A stretch of 64,000 bases of DNA, from contig JBBPEB010000028.1 in the NCBI GenBank assembly GCA_039096225.1, positions 124,001-188,000 on the forward strand, read 5' to 3'. The notes beneath the pieces were generated by a model that saw only the letters and a program-made list of their open reading frames with translations, was not told where the DNA came from and did not search any database. Positions 43,874 through 64,000 of the stretch are shown here, one piece after another (position 1 is the first letter of the stretch; each line of letters opens with the position of its first letter). The DNA comes from Blastocystis sp. Blastoise. Taxonomy: Eukaryota > Protista > Bigyra: Opalinata. A program made the translations under genes and the position numbers.

Positions 43874-44851
43874 TTATCTTGATTTGTAATTCTTTGAACG
43901 TTGTGTTTTACTTGCTGAGTGAATTAACCATAAAATACTCTGTTTTAATCCCTCACTATATATATATATTAAATAATTAATATATAATAAAAGATTGTTT
44001 CTTATATATATATATATATATATATACCAAGTAAGAGCAGAAGTAGCTGCAAAATTAACTTCATGTTTCATCATATTTGATTCAATTATTGGTTGAAGAC
44101 TTTTATATATGATTTCAGGTTCCACAGCATCCTAAATAGAAAATAATAATAATAATAATGATAGTAATAATAATATCTCAGATAATAATAATAATAATCA
44201 TTATAATCATTATAATCATAATAATATCATTATAATCATAATATATATATACAACAATATCTTGTTTATTAGCACATATGAGAATAGGAAGTTCACGAAG
44301 ATCTTCACAAATAAATACTTTTCGAAGTTCTTCTCGAGATTCTTTGATTCTTTCCTCATCACTACTATCAATAAGGAAAATAATTCCATGAGCATCTTTA
44401 TAATACTTATTCCATAGAGACCTCATTGATTTCTAAAAATTACAAAAAATATATAATAATAGTGCTAAAGTTAGCAATCGAAATAAATATATACATGGCC
44501 ACCAACGTCCCAGAATATCACATGAAATCCATCAACATCCATAGTAGCAACTATATAGATGAACAATAAAAAAAATTAAATATATAGATATCAATAAATA
44601 AATTAATATAAATAAATTGAACAAGATGATGAAATACCATTAAGACCAATAGTAGGTGGGATTCTAGAGAGTTGTCTAGTTGAATTCTTTGTAAATATCC
44701 CCTTTGTTTGTTCTAAAAACGTAGTCTTTCCCGAATTATCAAGACCAACAATTAGCAAGCAAACATCTTGTTTCTGCATAAACCATTTGCAAGCCCCAGA
44801 TATAAGCGAGAACTAATTTTATATATTATTGAATTCAATAAAAAATACCAT
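43874..44851 (-). CDS. ARFRP1: ARF-related GTPase ARFRP1
   Basis: MFSLISGACKWF, GLDNSGKTTFLEQTK, PTIGLN, WDVGG, RSLWNKYY, ANKQD. First exon is ATG only. Confidence 0.88.
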
Positions 44852-44997
44852 AGTATAAAGTTGACGCTAATAATTTAATTTATTACCATTTCTCTTGAGA
44901 ATTCTTAATTTATACTGTTATTTTTCTAAATAATCGTGAGTATCTCTTGTATTATTTAGATAATCCCTATTTCTTTCTAAAATAAATAATATAAAGA

Positions 44998-45393
44998 ATG
45001 GGTAAGAGAAAGAAGGCGCAAAAGAAGGTTGTAAAGCGAGTAGTTCCTAAACTTGCACAAGTTTTTGATTGTCCATTGTGCAATCAACTCAAATGTTGTA
45101 ATTGCAAGATTGATTATATGTCTGGTGTAGCAACAATTGAATGTACAGAATGTGGACAAAGTCATAGATGCAAGGCAACAAGTATATATTTCGCTCTGTT
45201 TTATTATTTAGATATACAAATTTACTATATTATTATTTTTATTAAATAAATTAAACATAATTTTATTTTCTCTATAGACTTGACACAAGGCGTAGATGTG
45301 TATGCTGATTGGATAGATAATTTAGAAATTGCTAATAATGGAATTGAAGAATATCCATTACAAGAACAATCAGATGGTGAATATAGCTCTTAA
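44998..45393 (+). CDS. ELF1: Transcription elongation factor Elf1/ELOF1
   Basis: MGKRK...FDCPLCN...CTECG...VDVYADWID. Confidence 0.92.
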
Positions 45394-45994
45394 ATCTTCA
45401 ACTATTTTTTATTTAGTTTTTTGTTATTGGATATAAGTCAATTTGGTTCAGTTTGGCTTTAAAAGATTCTAATTACACTAACACATATGTTTTTATTTTA
45501 ATTCATTGTATTATTATGTATATAAAGAGGGTAATCGTATTTACACTTACTTGTTTTTCAAAATCGTTGAAGAAGTGTTTATTTTAAAATAATGATGAAG
45601 AAATTATTGCTAAAAAACTTATATATGACCAATTAAACACATAAAAACACCTAAAAGAAAGTTATAAAATAGTTTTCATTAACTCATTAACATTTGTTTT
45701 TATTAAACTATTAAAAGTTATTAATAAATGCATATAAATTATATTTATGAAATTTATAATAATGATTGCCTATCAGATTAATGTTTTAGCACATGTTGTA
45801 ATAATCTAATTATAATTGGACTTTTAAAATCAATTAATTAATATATATTTGATATCTATAAGACCTCTAGATTAAGAATATATAGTCAAATAGCTATTCT
45901 GTAAGTAAAACAGTCACTCACATTTTTGAAAAAGAAATTAAGAATAATATATTAATTATAAACACGGATAAACACATTTATATATTTTTTTTTG

Positions 45995-46668
45995 TAGAGA
46001 CTTGCAAAATTATTCCCGCGGGAATTTCAAGAATTGCACTTCTCAAATTGCACTTTTTTTTTTGAATTGACAAAAATATATTATTGCCACAATTAGCTAT
46101 ATGTATTGTTGCTATGCTCTAGTCTTGATCAATATGTCTTTAATAGTGCGTGATTGTTTTATTTATAAAAGAATTAATGTTCTTGTGGCACTTTAGCAGA
46201 AAATATTAGACATTCCATTTACAAAAGTCTTCTTAAATGGCTTTAAAGAATGATATATGAAAATAAAATGCACTCTTAGTGTTTCTAGCCATATACAACT
46301 GAGGATCATAAAGTTCCTATTAAATTATAACGAAATTAAGTGATTATCCTCCAATTTTTTTTTGTGGATTTTTCTAACATCTTTTCTTTCACTATTATCT
46401 AGATTATATATAAAGCATCTTAGGCATGAAAAATAATATAAAGAAGAAAAATATGACAAGACATTTCCCCATTCATTTCCAAAAATTTTAAATTTCATTT
46501 TTTTTTATCAAATTCAATTCGATAAAGGACATTATTCTAAGCTCATCTATGAAGGTTTCAATTGAAACAACTTATTTAAACCACTCAATTGTGGCAAAAG
46601 TTGAAAAATTATACTTCTTTTCAACACCCTAAAAATTGCACTTTTTACCCTGGAATGCCAAGTCTCAA
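45995..46668. mobile_element. Candidate degenerate non-autonomous DNA transposon
   Basis: Imperfect terminal inverted repeats TAGAGACTTG / CAAGTCTCAA, subterminal AATTGCAC three times, inverted TTGCCACAATT / AATTGTGGCAA. No clear target-site duplication. Confidence 0.45.
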
Positions 46669-46922
46669 AATTTAAAAACAGTAATGAAATTAAGTTTTTA
46701 AATATGCATAAATCAACTATAGGTTATATATCATAAAGAATTATATTTTAATAAATAATATATATATTTTTATATAAGTATTTAATGATTGTATTACGAA
46801 AAATATTAAATAAAAAAAATATTAAAATAATTGGGTAAACCAAACTTGGTATTTATGATGAATATTATTTTTGAACTACTTAACGATAACTTTTAGAAAA
46901 TGAGCGAACACGTCGAATGCTC

Positions 46923-47215
46923 TTAAAACCACGATGTGAGACTATCTGAAATAAGACTAAATAACGACTTTTTCTATATATAATTAAATATATATATATT
47001 ATATATAATAAATATACTTTTTTATCTGTTTTATTTTTATCTTTTCGTTCTTTCTTCTTATTTTCTAAGAAATCATCATATTCAGTAAAACCATATGTAT
47101 CTAATTGAGTCTCACTTTTTTCTTCATTTTCATTTGATAAATCATCGATATATGTAGGAGCATCATTTGTTCCATTTGCAGTATCATCATGTAATTCCTT
47201 TTTAATATTTTCATA

Positions 47216-47282
<67 letters not shown>

Positions 47283-48014
47283 ATATAAATATAATACTCA
47301 ATTCCAATAGTAATTAATTCGGATATTTTGGTATCATCATAAGCACCAATACACACACATTCACGTTTCTATTAATTATATATATATATTAAATATAATA
47401 ATTAATAAAATAAAAAAACAATAATACATAAATAAATATATATACTTTTTCTACAGTAATACTAATGCATCCTTTAATTGGTAATATATTTGTAGTTAAT
47501 AATTGATTCAAATGAGGATTACGAATATTATTAAATCGATAAGTATAATTAACTATTTTTCGTTCTTTTGGTGTATTTTGAGATTCATCTATTCTTAATC
47601 GTAACATGGTATCTACAGCTGTATTTTGACAAAGAATATCATCAGAATGACTTTCACGTTTCTATAAAAAATAAGACATTATAATTATATAATGAATAAA
47701 TGTAGTATAAAAAACGAAAATAAAATTAAAAAGTATATAATAAATACAAGTTTTTCAATGATTCCATGTCTATTTTTGAGAATTGTCAGATTCTTAGGAT
47801 TTGCGGCTAAATTATATACACATTTCAACGCAGGATAACGAATCTTTGGGTTAGCATGATCCAAATAGCCAAGAAGACCATTCATAACACCATCCTCTTT
47901 AGCCATGATAATTTGACTATCAGGATCTAACGAGAGCGCAACCAATTGAGTAACTACCTTTATGACTTCATTATCAATCTCATCAGCTTCTTTTGAATTA
48001 AACGTTGAAGTCAT
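46923..48014 (-). CDS. ARMC1: Armadillo repeat-containing protein 1-like
   Basis: VVTQLVALSLDPDSQ...GLLGYLDHANP...ALKCVYNLA; HMA-like LLTTNILPIKGCISITV; spliced C-terminus SLFSLISDSLTSWF*. Confidence 0.7.
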
Positions 48015-49142
48015 ATTTAATATTATTGAATTTCTATAGTTGATCAATAGAAAGGTTAAAATATAATTATTGAATCATTTATATAAATTAAAACATACAT
48101 TGGAGATAAATCAGTCTAGACACAAAAATAGATTGTTGTTATTTTTTAAATAGAAATTAGAATTTCATTCCCGCGGGAAATTTTGAGTTATGTTCGCTCA
48201 GTTATGGCTTTTTTCTGGAAAATGGTTAAATTGAACTGATGCTTTATTATGTTAAAAACTTATTAAATATTGTTTTATTTTGTATATATATCATAGAGCA
48301 ACTCATCGTGATATATACATCAAGAGAGTAGCTTCTTCAAGAGAAATATGGGTACTCAATTGGAAAGATTATTGTTTTTTTATATTATTTATAGAAAATA
48401 AAGTTTATAAATATAAAGTATATATATTATCTTACTGTTACCTTCTATAGTGAATATCATTAAGAAAAAAATGAGTTTTCGTCAAAATTAGATTTATGAT
48501 GTATAAGTCAATAATCATGACAAATTTGTGTATATAATGATATAATATATTTATTTATGATTCTTAGAATATTATAAGAGAATATATAACAATTAGAAGA
48601 CTAAATGAATATTATTTGTGTAATACATAGTTAAGTTTTCTAAAATTATTATATCAAGTCCAATTATATTTTAAAAAGTGATTTAATAGTAATTCATACT
48701 ATGAAAAGAGGAACTAAAGACAATTAGGATTATTTGAAATTACTCTTTTTTTCTTTTATTACTGTTTTATATATCATATACTGCTTTCATTTATCGTTAT
48801 TATATCTTAATCTCATCAATTATATATATATATATATTATTAAAATATTGTTTTTATTACTTTGTAATTGATTTCGTCTTAATTCGACAAAGACTGGTAT
48901 ATGCTATATAAATTTTATATTAGATCATAGTATATGATGTAAAGAATATATTGAAAGTGTTTATAATGTAAAATACGTAATTAAACACTCAGTTATGTGA
49001 AAAAAATAATTATTATTATTTTTTCCAAACACTGTGTTCCAATTATAGTTCCCCAGGGAAATTTTTTGTTTCTTTTTTTATTTTTTTTTGAGTGAAACAA
49101 CGATTACCAGTTCTTCTGTTTCTATTTTGTTGTTCCTTGTGA

Positions 49143-54726
<5,584 letters not shown>

Positions 54727-55183
54727 ACACTCATGTGAAAAACCCATTCTTCGTAAATAATTACTGAGAAAAAAAACTTTTTTTCTTATTGTTTTGTTAT
54801 GGACTAAGCTTATATGTATATAATAATGATTTTTAATCTTCAGGATATCAGATAACATTGCCAAGACTTCTGTCACTTTACATTAAGTTTCTAAAGGTTT
54901 AGTCAACAATTGACTCATTTTTGTGTATACTACGGTCGTTTTTTTGTTAAAAGGTAGTTTAAGGTTTTATTAATGGTTCACAAATTATGGTTTCGGGAAA
55001 ACAATAATAATTCTTAGGACCATTTTCAAGAAAATGAAATAATTGACTCAGGATGCTTTAGATTGTCAAATTTGATTCAAAAAAGTGGTTTCCGTCTCAC
55101 TCTATGAGTAATATAGAATAAAAGAAAAATATAGATAAATAGTTAGATCTATAAAACAAGAAAAAAAGAAGACAGGAAGTTCC

Positions 55184-55323
55184 CAGGGTTCGCCAAACTG
55201 TCCTTTGAGTACGGTCTGTACTCCAAGAGAGTTTTTATCTACGCCTTATGCGCCTAAAAGTACCCATGAAACTGGCTCTTTTAGGATGTTTGTACTCCAA
55301 GAGAGTCTTCGTGGCGAACCCTG
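55184..55323. mobile_element. hAT-like MITE, 140 bp
   Basis: Perfect 12-bp terminal inverted repeats CAGGGTTCGCCA / TGGCGAACCCTG; internal direct repeat TGTACTCCAAGAGAGT twice; CAGGAAGTT duplicated on both flanks, offset by 1-2 bp. Confidence 0.8.
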
Positions 55324-55545
55324 TCAGGAAGTTATAGAGACGTGAATAAATACTGTTTTCTTTTTTTTTGATTACTCTGAAACTAGAAGCTATTCCCATA
55401 AACTCTCGTAAGAAAACGGGAATAAAATATACTCGTCCATATATTTAAACATAAACGTGGATAATCATTGCTTTTTTTAAAAAGTAGGAGAAAAAATTTA
55501 TCTTTTTTTAGGGATAGTATTATTTGTACTTTGAAGTGATTAGAC

Positions 55546-57128
55546 ATGGAAATTGATACAGAAACCTTGAATACGATAGGAAACGTAGCGTTCTATGAGA
55601 AAAATTATGAGAAGGCAATTAAGTATTATACAAAAGCTATTGAGAAGAATGAGAATGAGGCGAAGTATTATTGCAACAGATCTGCAGCGTGTCTTTGTAT
55701 AGAAAGAAATACAGATGCTTTGGAAGATGCTCAAAAAGCGGTAGACCTGAATCCAAAATGGGATCGTTGTTATTCTAGAGAGGCTTCAGCATTTTACGCA
55801 TTAAGAAAGTGGAGTAATGCATTAGTGTCTTGTCAAAAAGGTCTTGAAATCAATAAGGATAATAAGGTGTTACAAATTATTATGGAAAAATCTCAGAAAC
55901 AATCAACTCAATTACAAGAAGATTATATGACAGGCCAATTGAATGTGAAAAAAGTGTCTGAGAAGGATCGACAGGTGATTCAATTAAACAATTTCTTAAA
56001 AGAATTGGATTATGCGCTGAAGCCTATTGTGAGTAAAGAAGAAAGAGTTGTATATATATGCTTATTATATTATTATATTTATTATTTTTGTAATATTTAT
56101 TGTTTTTATTATTGTTTATTATTTTTAATATTTTCATTTTTATTATTTTATTGTTTTATTGTTTATTAATCATTATAGAAATATTATCATAAATATTTCT
56201 GTATATAATATTAGTTGTATATACATATATATAGACAACAGATGAAGATGTGGACGTATTAACACCAGGCGACATTATTCAGCGATTAACTGGAATCAAT
56301 TCAGAAGTATATATATATTTAGTTATTATTATTATATTTATCTTATTATCTTACTATGATGATATTCCGTAGTGGCGTAATCTGAATCCGTATTGGGTAT
56401 TGATGTTACCACCTACTGCTACAGATGAGGATATTAAACAACGATATTTTAAAATGTCTAGTAAGGTTCACCCAGATGTATGTCAATTAGAAAATACGAG
56501 GTATGCATTTGAAGCAGTTAAAGAAGCAGCCAAAATGCTTGAGGTATATATATATATAAGACTTTTTTTTTCTTTAGGTATGGTCAAATTTTTTTATATT
56601 TAATTATATATATATATATAGGATAGAAAGAATAAGGATAATTGTATATCGATAATAGCAGAAGCCCGTAATAACGTTATTAAAGAGAGACGTCGATTAA
56701 GAGAAAAAGGAATTGATGTTGATGCTACTAGTAATGAGGATGAGGAGATAGAGAAAGAGACGATGAAGTTATTTGCTGAAGAAGAACAAAAGCGAAGACA
56801 GGCTGATCAGTATAAGATTATATATAAACGAAGAGAAATAGAAGAAGCAAATAAAGAGATAGAGAAGAGTAAGGAGATGATGAAGATGCAGGAGGAATGG
56901 ACAAAAACTAGAGATAAACGAGTAGAATCATGGAGAGATTATAAACAAAATAAAGAAAAGAAATCGAATTCTTTTGTTTCTAAATATATACCACCTCCAT
57001 CTACTACAGAAAAAGTATATATATATACTATATACACAATAGCTATCTAAATATATATTTATATTTATTACTCTTTATATATATAGAGAAAATCTCAGAA
57101 TAATTCATACACGGCAAAAAAAATTTAA
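55546..57128 (+). CDS. TPR-domain + DNAJC8/Spf31-like J-domain co-chaperone
   Basis: STI1-type TPR (GNVAFYEKNYEKAIKYYTKAI...YCNRSAA...DAQKAVDLNPKW); J domain NLNPYWVL...KVHPD; DNAJC8-like tail EEWTKTRDKRVESWR. Confidence 0.85.
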
Positions 57129-57552
57129 ATCAAAACAAACTTAGTCATTCTTATAACTTGATTTTATTATCGTTAGTTTTATATATATATAATATATGTA
57201 TTTAGAACTGTTTCATACACAACATACAAATAATAATAATGAATTGAATTAATAGTATAATTCTTTGAATCATAAATAAATAGCAACTTCAGTCAAAGAC
57301 TTTATTTCACAATAAGTTATATCAAATATATTTAATTATTTAATAATAATATTATTCATTATTTTTATATATTTGATAATATTAAAAATAGTTTAAAAAA
57401 TTCATGTGTATATTAATCGTACAAATTAATATATTATTTGAGAAACAATGTGAAAAGTTGTGAAAGTAGTCATTAAGTATATGAAACAAAATAAGAAGAA
57501 AAGACATAAATAGGAGAATGTATAGAATCAAACAAATAAAATAAAAGCACAA

Positions 57553-60254
<2,702 letters not shown>

Positions 60255-60571
60255 AATAGATAGATGAAAGAATTGACAGAAAATGATAATGTTATATGAT
60301 TCTCTAGGGAAATAAATGGAATTCCCCTTTTTATATTCTTGAAACCACGGTTATTCAATAATTGCTAAAACCCACAAAAAATAGTTTCACATTTGAAAAG
60401 AAACCATGATTTTTCTTTAAAAGATAGTTAAGAAATAAAGAATTTTCAAGAATATCAATTTTAGAAACCTAAAAAATCAGAAAATTAAACTTTTTTAAGA
60501 AGTCTAATTCTTGCGCTTCTTGTTATTTCTTTATTAATTCAATCAATCGTTTTCATATCAAGATTCCTGAA

Positions 60572-61474
60572 ATGTATTCACAACAAGATAGAAACACAAA
60601 TATTCAACAAACCATTTTCAATACACCATCGATTTCGTCAAATACAGCTGCATATGGTTACTCAAATCAAAATTACGGCCAACACAGTTATGATGTATTT
60701 TATTACCTTTAAATCTATTATTTAATATGTTTCTTAGGGCCGATTCAATAGTTATGATACTATGTCAAAACCATATGGGTATATATTTTTCTTTTCTTCT
60801 TTTAATACTACTTTATTTTTAATTCTAATCTCTAAATATAGTTCTTCCTATGATTCATACAAAAATACTCGAAGATATGATCAATTGTCAGAACCAACAT
60901 TATTTGAAGAAGAAAGCAGTCATATGGGATTACCCAAACGTACAAGTAATTACTACAATAATAATGCTCCAACATCAACGGATAATAATTATTATGCTAC
61001 TATTCTTCGATACAAACCGTATTTATATTTTATTTTATTTTATTTTATTTTATTTTATTTTATTTTATTATATTATATTATATTTTATTTTATTATATTT
61101 TATTATATTATATTTTATTTTATTTTATTATATTTTATTTTATTTTATTATATTTTATTTTATTTTATTATATTTTATTTTATTATATTTTATTTTATTT
61201 TATTATATTTTATTTTATTTTATTTTATTATATTATATTTTATTTTATTTTATTTTATTTTATTTTATTTTATTATATACTATTATATATATCAATCTAT
61301 CTATCGTTAATAAAGACAAAAAACCATCTTATACTCCACCTTCTGTATATATATATATATATATATATTATTTAACTCTATATATCAATAGGTAACTATA
61401 TTTGATGGTAAACAATATAATTCCAGTTCATATAAAGAACAATCAATGGACTCTTTTAATCAACGTTCTAATTG

Positions 61475-61519
<45 letters not shown>

Positions 61520-62184
61520 TCATCATTCATTATTCGCATCTATTATATATATGTATATATATATAGATCATGGTTTTTGGAGTTCCAAAAGACCGTCAGC
61601 CTGAGGTTTTACGATTATTTGATAATACTGGCCATATTATTACTTATATTCCTGGAAAGGGCAATCAATTATTTATTCAGTATAAATATATGAATATGTC
61701 ATTTCATTTATTTTTATATATCTTTTATTTTTTGTATATATGATATAATTATATATAAAAATATACTTATATAAATATGATTACATATAAATACAATGCA
61801 TATAAATATCCTATCACTATATATAGATATGCAAGTGAGTATGAAGCTGATAAGGCTATTCAGTATAATGGGAAATATATATGTCAGGATATTATTATTG
61901 GTGTTCATAGCATTACAGAAAATGAAGTTAAGGGACGAGGAATACATATAGAACATAATGAAAACACAATTGATGACGCAATCGAAATGAATAGACGACG
62001 CAATATTAATAGATTCGAAACGTATTTTTTTCTTCTTTGTTTTTTTTTTTTCATTATCAATATACATTTTTATTTATTTTTATATAGACACAATGATATA
62101 CAACAACCAAAAATGATGAATTCAATTCCAAAGAAACGGGAAAGCTTTTGTGATTATATAATGAAATGGATTTTTAACTATTAA
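60572..62184 (+). CDS. NUP35: Nucleoporin Nup35/Nup53 (MPPN RRM plus C-terminal amphipathic helix)
   Basis: WIMVFGVP...GNQLFIQYASEYEADKAIQYNGKYICQDIIIGV and terminal ESFCDYIMKWIFNY. Confidence 0.8.
61021..61280. repeat. (TTTTA/TTATA)n pentamer array in a Nup35 intron
   Basis: Tandem repeat visible in the sequence. Confidence 0.9.
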
Positions 62185-62710
62185 AAATGAAAATTTTTCA
62201 TATATCAATCTTTCATAATACCATTTACATATATAAATATTTACTTTTGTTTTTTCTCTGTTTCTTGTGGGTTTATTTCTAGAATTTGTTAAGTTATATG
62301 TTTATTATCAGTTTCATGTTTCTTTTATATATTTTGTAGTACTCTCATATAATTAATGTTTATATTGGCATGATCATCGATCATAAAGCAACATATGTGT
62401 AGTAAAAACAATTTCTTTTCTTATTTATTCGATATCATTTGTGAACATCAACGTTTAGATGCTGATCATTACACGAAAATAAGCATTGATACTGATTAAA
62501 TGATAAAAAATGTCTTTTTTAAAAAATAAGAAAAAATAGTTTATTTATGATTATGAAAAGGAAATGACGGTCATTATATAAATAATCAGAAAAATCAACT
62601 TTTATTATTTTTCATGAAAAAAATCTTGGGAAACAACTTTAGAATTATATATTTGCTGATTAGTTGATTATATATCCTTTATTATTCCATATAAATATTG
62701 GATAGAATAG

Positions 62711-64000
62711 ATGGCGACAAATCAATTACAATCTCTATCGAAATTATTGAATCTGCCTATCAATGGTCATCAAGATGAACTATATTTGATTCGTTTAGGT
62801 ATATATTGTTAATAAATATATCTGATATATCGTCTATACTTCAATTTTTTATAGCTTCATTGAGTTTAAAAGAACTTCAGGAAGAACCTAATTATTTACA
62901 AGATCAACATTTAAGTTTAGAGTCCGAATTGAAGAAGGATCTATATGAAAAGAATGATGTGTTTGTTGACTCTCAACAATGTTTCACAAATCTTACGAAA
63001 AATGTATATATTAGTTTTTTTAATTCTAAGGTTTATAAATATAGATTCAAATTCTTTCTAAGGATGTTTCAGACTCTTATAATATCCTTCCTAGTCTTCA
63101 ATATACATGTAAAAAATTTACTGATGAAGCTGAAGATCTAGTGAAACAACATCAAAAAAATAAGAAAACACTTCGATATCACACTCAAGTAGATATATAT
63201 TTAATATATATATTTGGAATGTGATTATTCTACTATTTGTATACATAGTTACTTGAATTATTGGAGATGCCTCAATTAATGGATACTTGTGTAAAGAATG
63301 GTTTACATGACGAAGCGTTGATTCTATTATCTCAAAGTAGAAAATTAACTTCAATTCATAAAATCAAAGAAAATGAAGGGTATTTATATTGCTATTGACA
63401 TTATTTTTTAATTCTGTTTTGTATGATTATACATAGATCTCTCTTCTAGATATAAATATATATAATTATATTATTGTATATAAATATAGAGAGAATGCGT
63501 CTAAAGACCCTGGCCAAGGAGCAGCTCATTTATTATATAAGATATGGACAGAAATGGAGCAAGTTGCATGTAATCAAAAGATTATCTTATGGGAAGAATT
63601 AGAAGGAGAATTGTTACTACAACGAGCTATGACGGTAGTTCGACTTCTTACTAAAATCAGTGAATGCGTATGTTTATTATACTTATTATGTTTATTATAA
63701 TTATTATGTTTATTATTATATATAGTTAAGACCTTTTAATGCAGAAGAATATCCCAAGTATATATATATATATATATGTTTTATATCTATATCTATATAT
63801 ATATATAGATATATGTTGAATGAAGAGCGTACAATTCGTCAGCAATTTCTATTGGCTAGAACCGAATATTTTAATGTATATATATATAATAAAATTTTCT
63901 TCTATATATATATATATATAGAAGAAATTAAGTATTTATAGTAAGTTTGATTCAGGTTTATTTTTAAAGGAATATATTGATTTATGTCGAGTATATATAT
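62711..64000 (+). CDS. COG8: Conserved oligomeric Golgi complex subunit 8 (Dor1), truncated by the right edge
   Basis: [20 protein letters not shown]...[34 protein letters not shown]. Confidence 0.85.

Noticed and set aside
46880-46975. ORF-track C-terminus of ARMC1 (…RSFSKSYR)
   Set aside because: Wrong frame after the intron; the spliced frame ends SLTSWF* at 46923.
54727-55110. Possible further mobile element (ACTCAT...ATGAGT ends)
   Set aside because: The inverted match is too short and there is no target-site duplication.

Overview
This is very AT-rich, intron-dense eukaryotic nuclear DNA. Gene content, short introns, TLDc proteins and minor-spliceosome introns are consistent with a stramenopile protist such as an AT-rich Blastocystis-type lineage, which is inference only. 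Most six-frame ORFs are exon fragments or microsatellite artefacts. Splicing by eye gives 23 protein genes: membrane-anchored CBM48-GH13, CWC25, TTC38-like, FKBP12, AFG1, RRP42, TMEM43-like, an orphan membrane protein, a cysteine desulfurase/C2H2/TtcA fusion, a TLDc protein, Rpt4, MAPK, an mL45/Tim44-like protein with a WW insert, CSL4, a putative glycosyltransferase, a CIPK-like kinase, ARFRP1, ELF1, ARMC1, FANCD2-like, TPR-DNAJC8, organellar ProRS and Nup35, plus a 3'-truncated COG8. There is also one tRNA-Val(CAC) and several hAT-like MITEs. Highlights: (1) a GC-rich quasi-palindrome, ATTCCC(GC/GT/AC)GGGAAT, occurs about 30 times in exons, introns and promoters and uses rare codons where it is coding; (2) a single-chain sulfur-relay enzyme has a zinc finger inserted as its own symmetric exon; (3) there are two AT-AC (U12-type) introns and two introns with apparently non-canonical acceptors; (4) many introns are bracketed by self-complementary (AT)n tracts; (5) a WW domain is inserted into a mitochondrial Tim44-like fold. 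All family assignments come from recalled motifs, not database searches.
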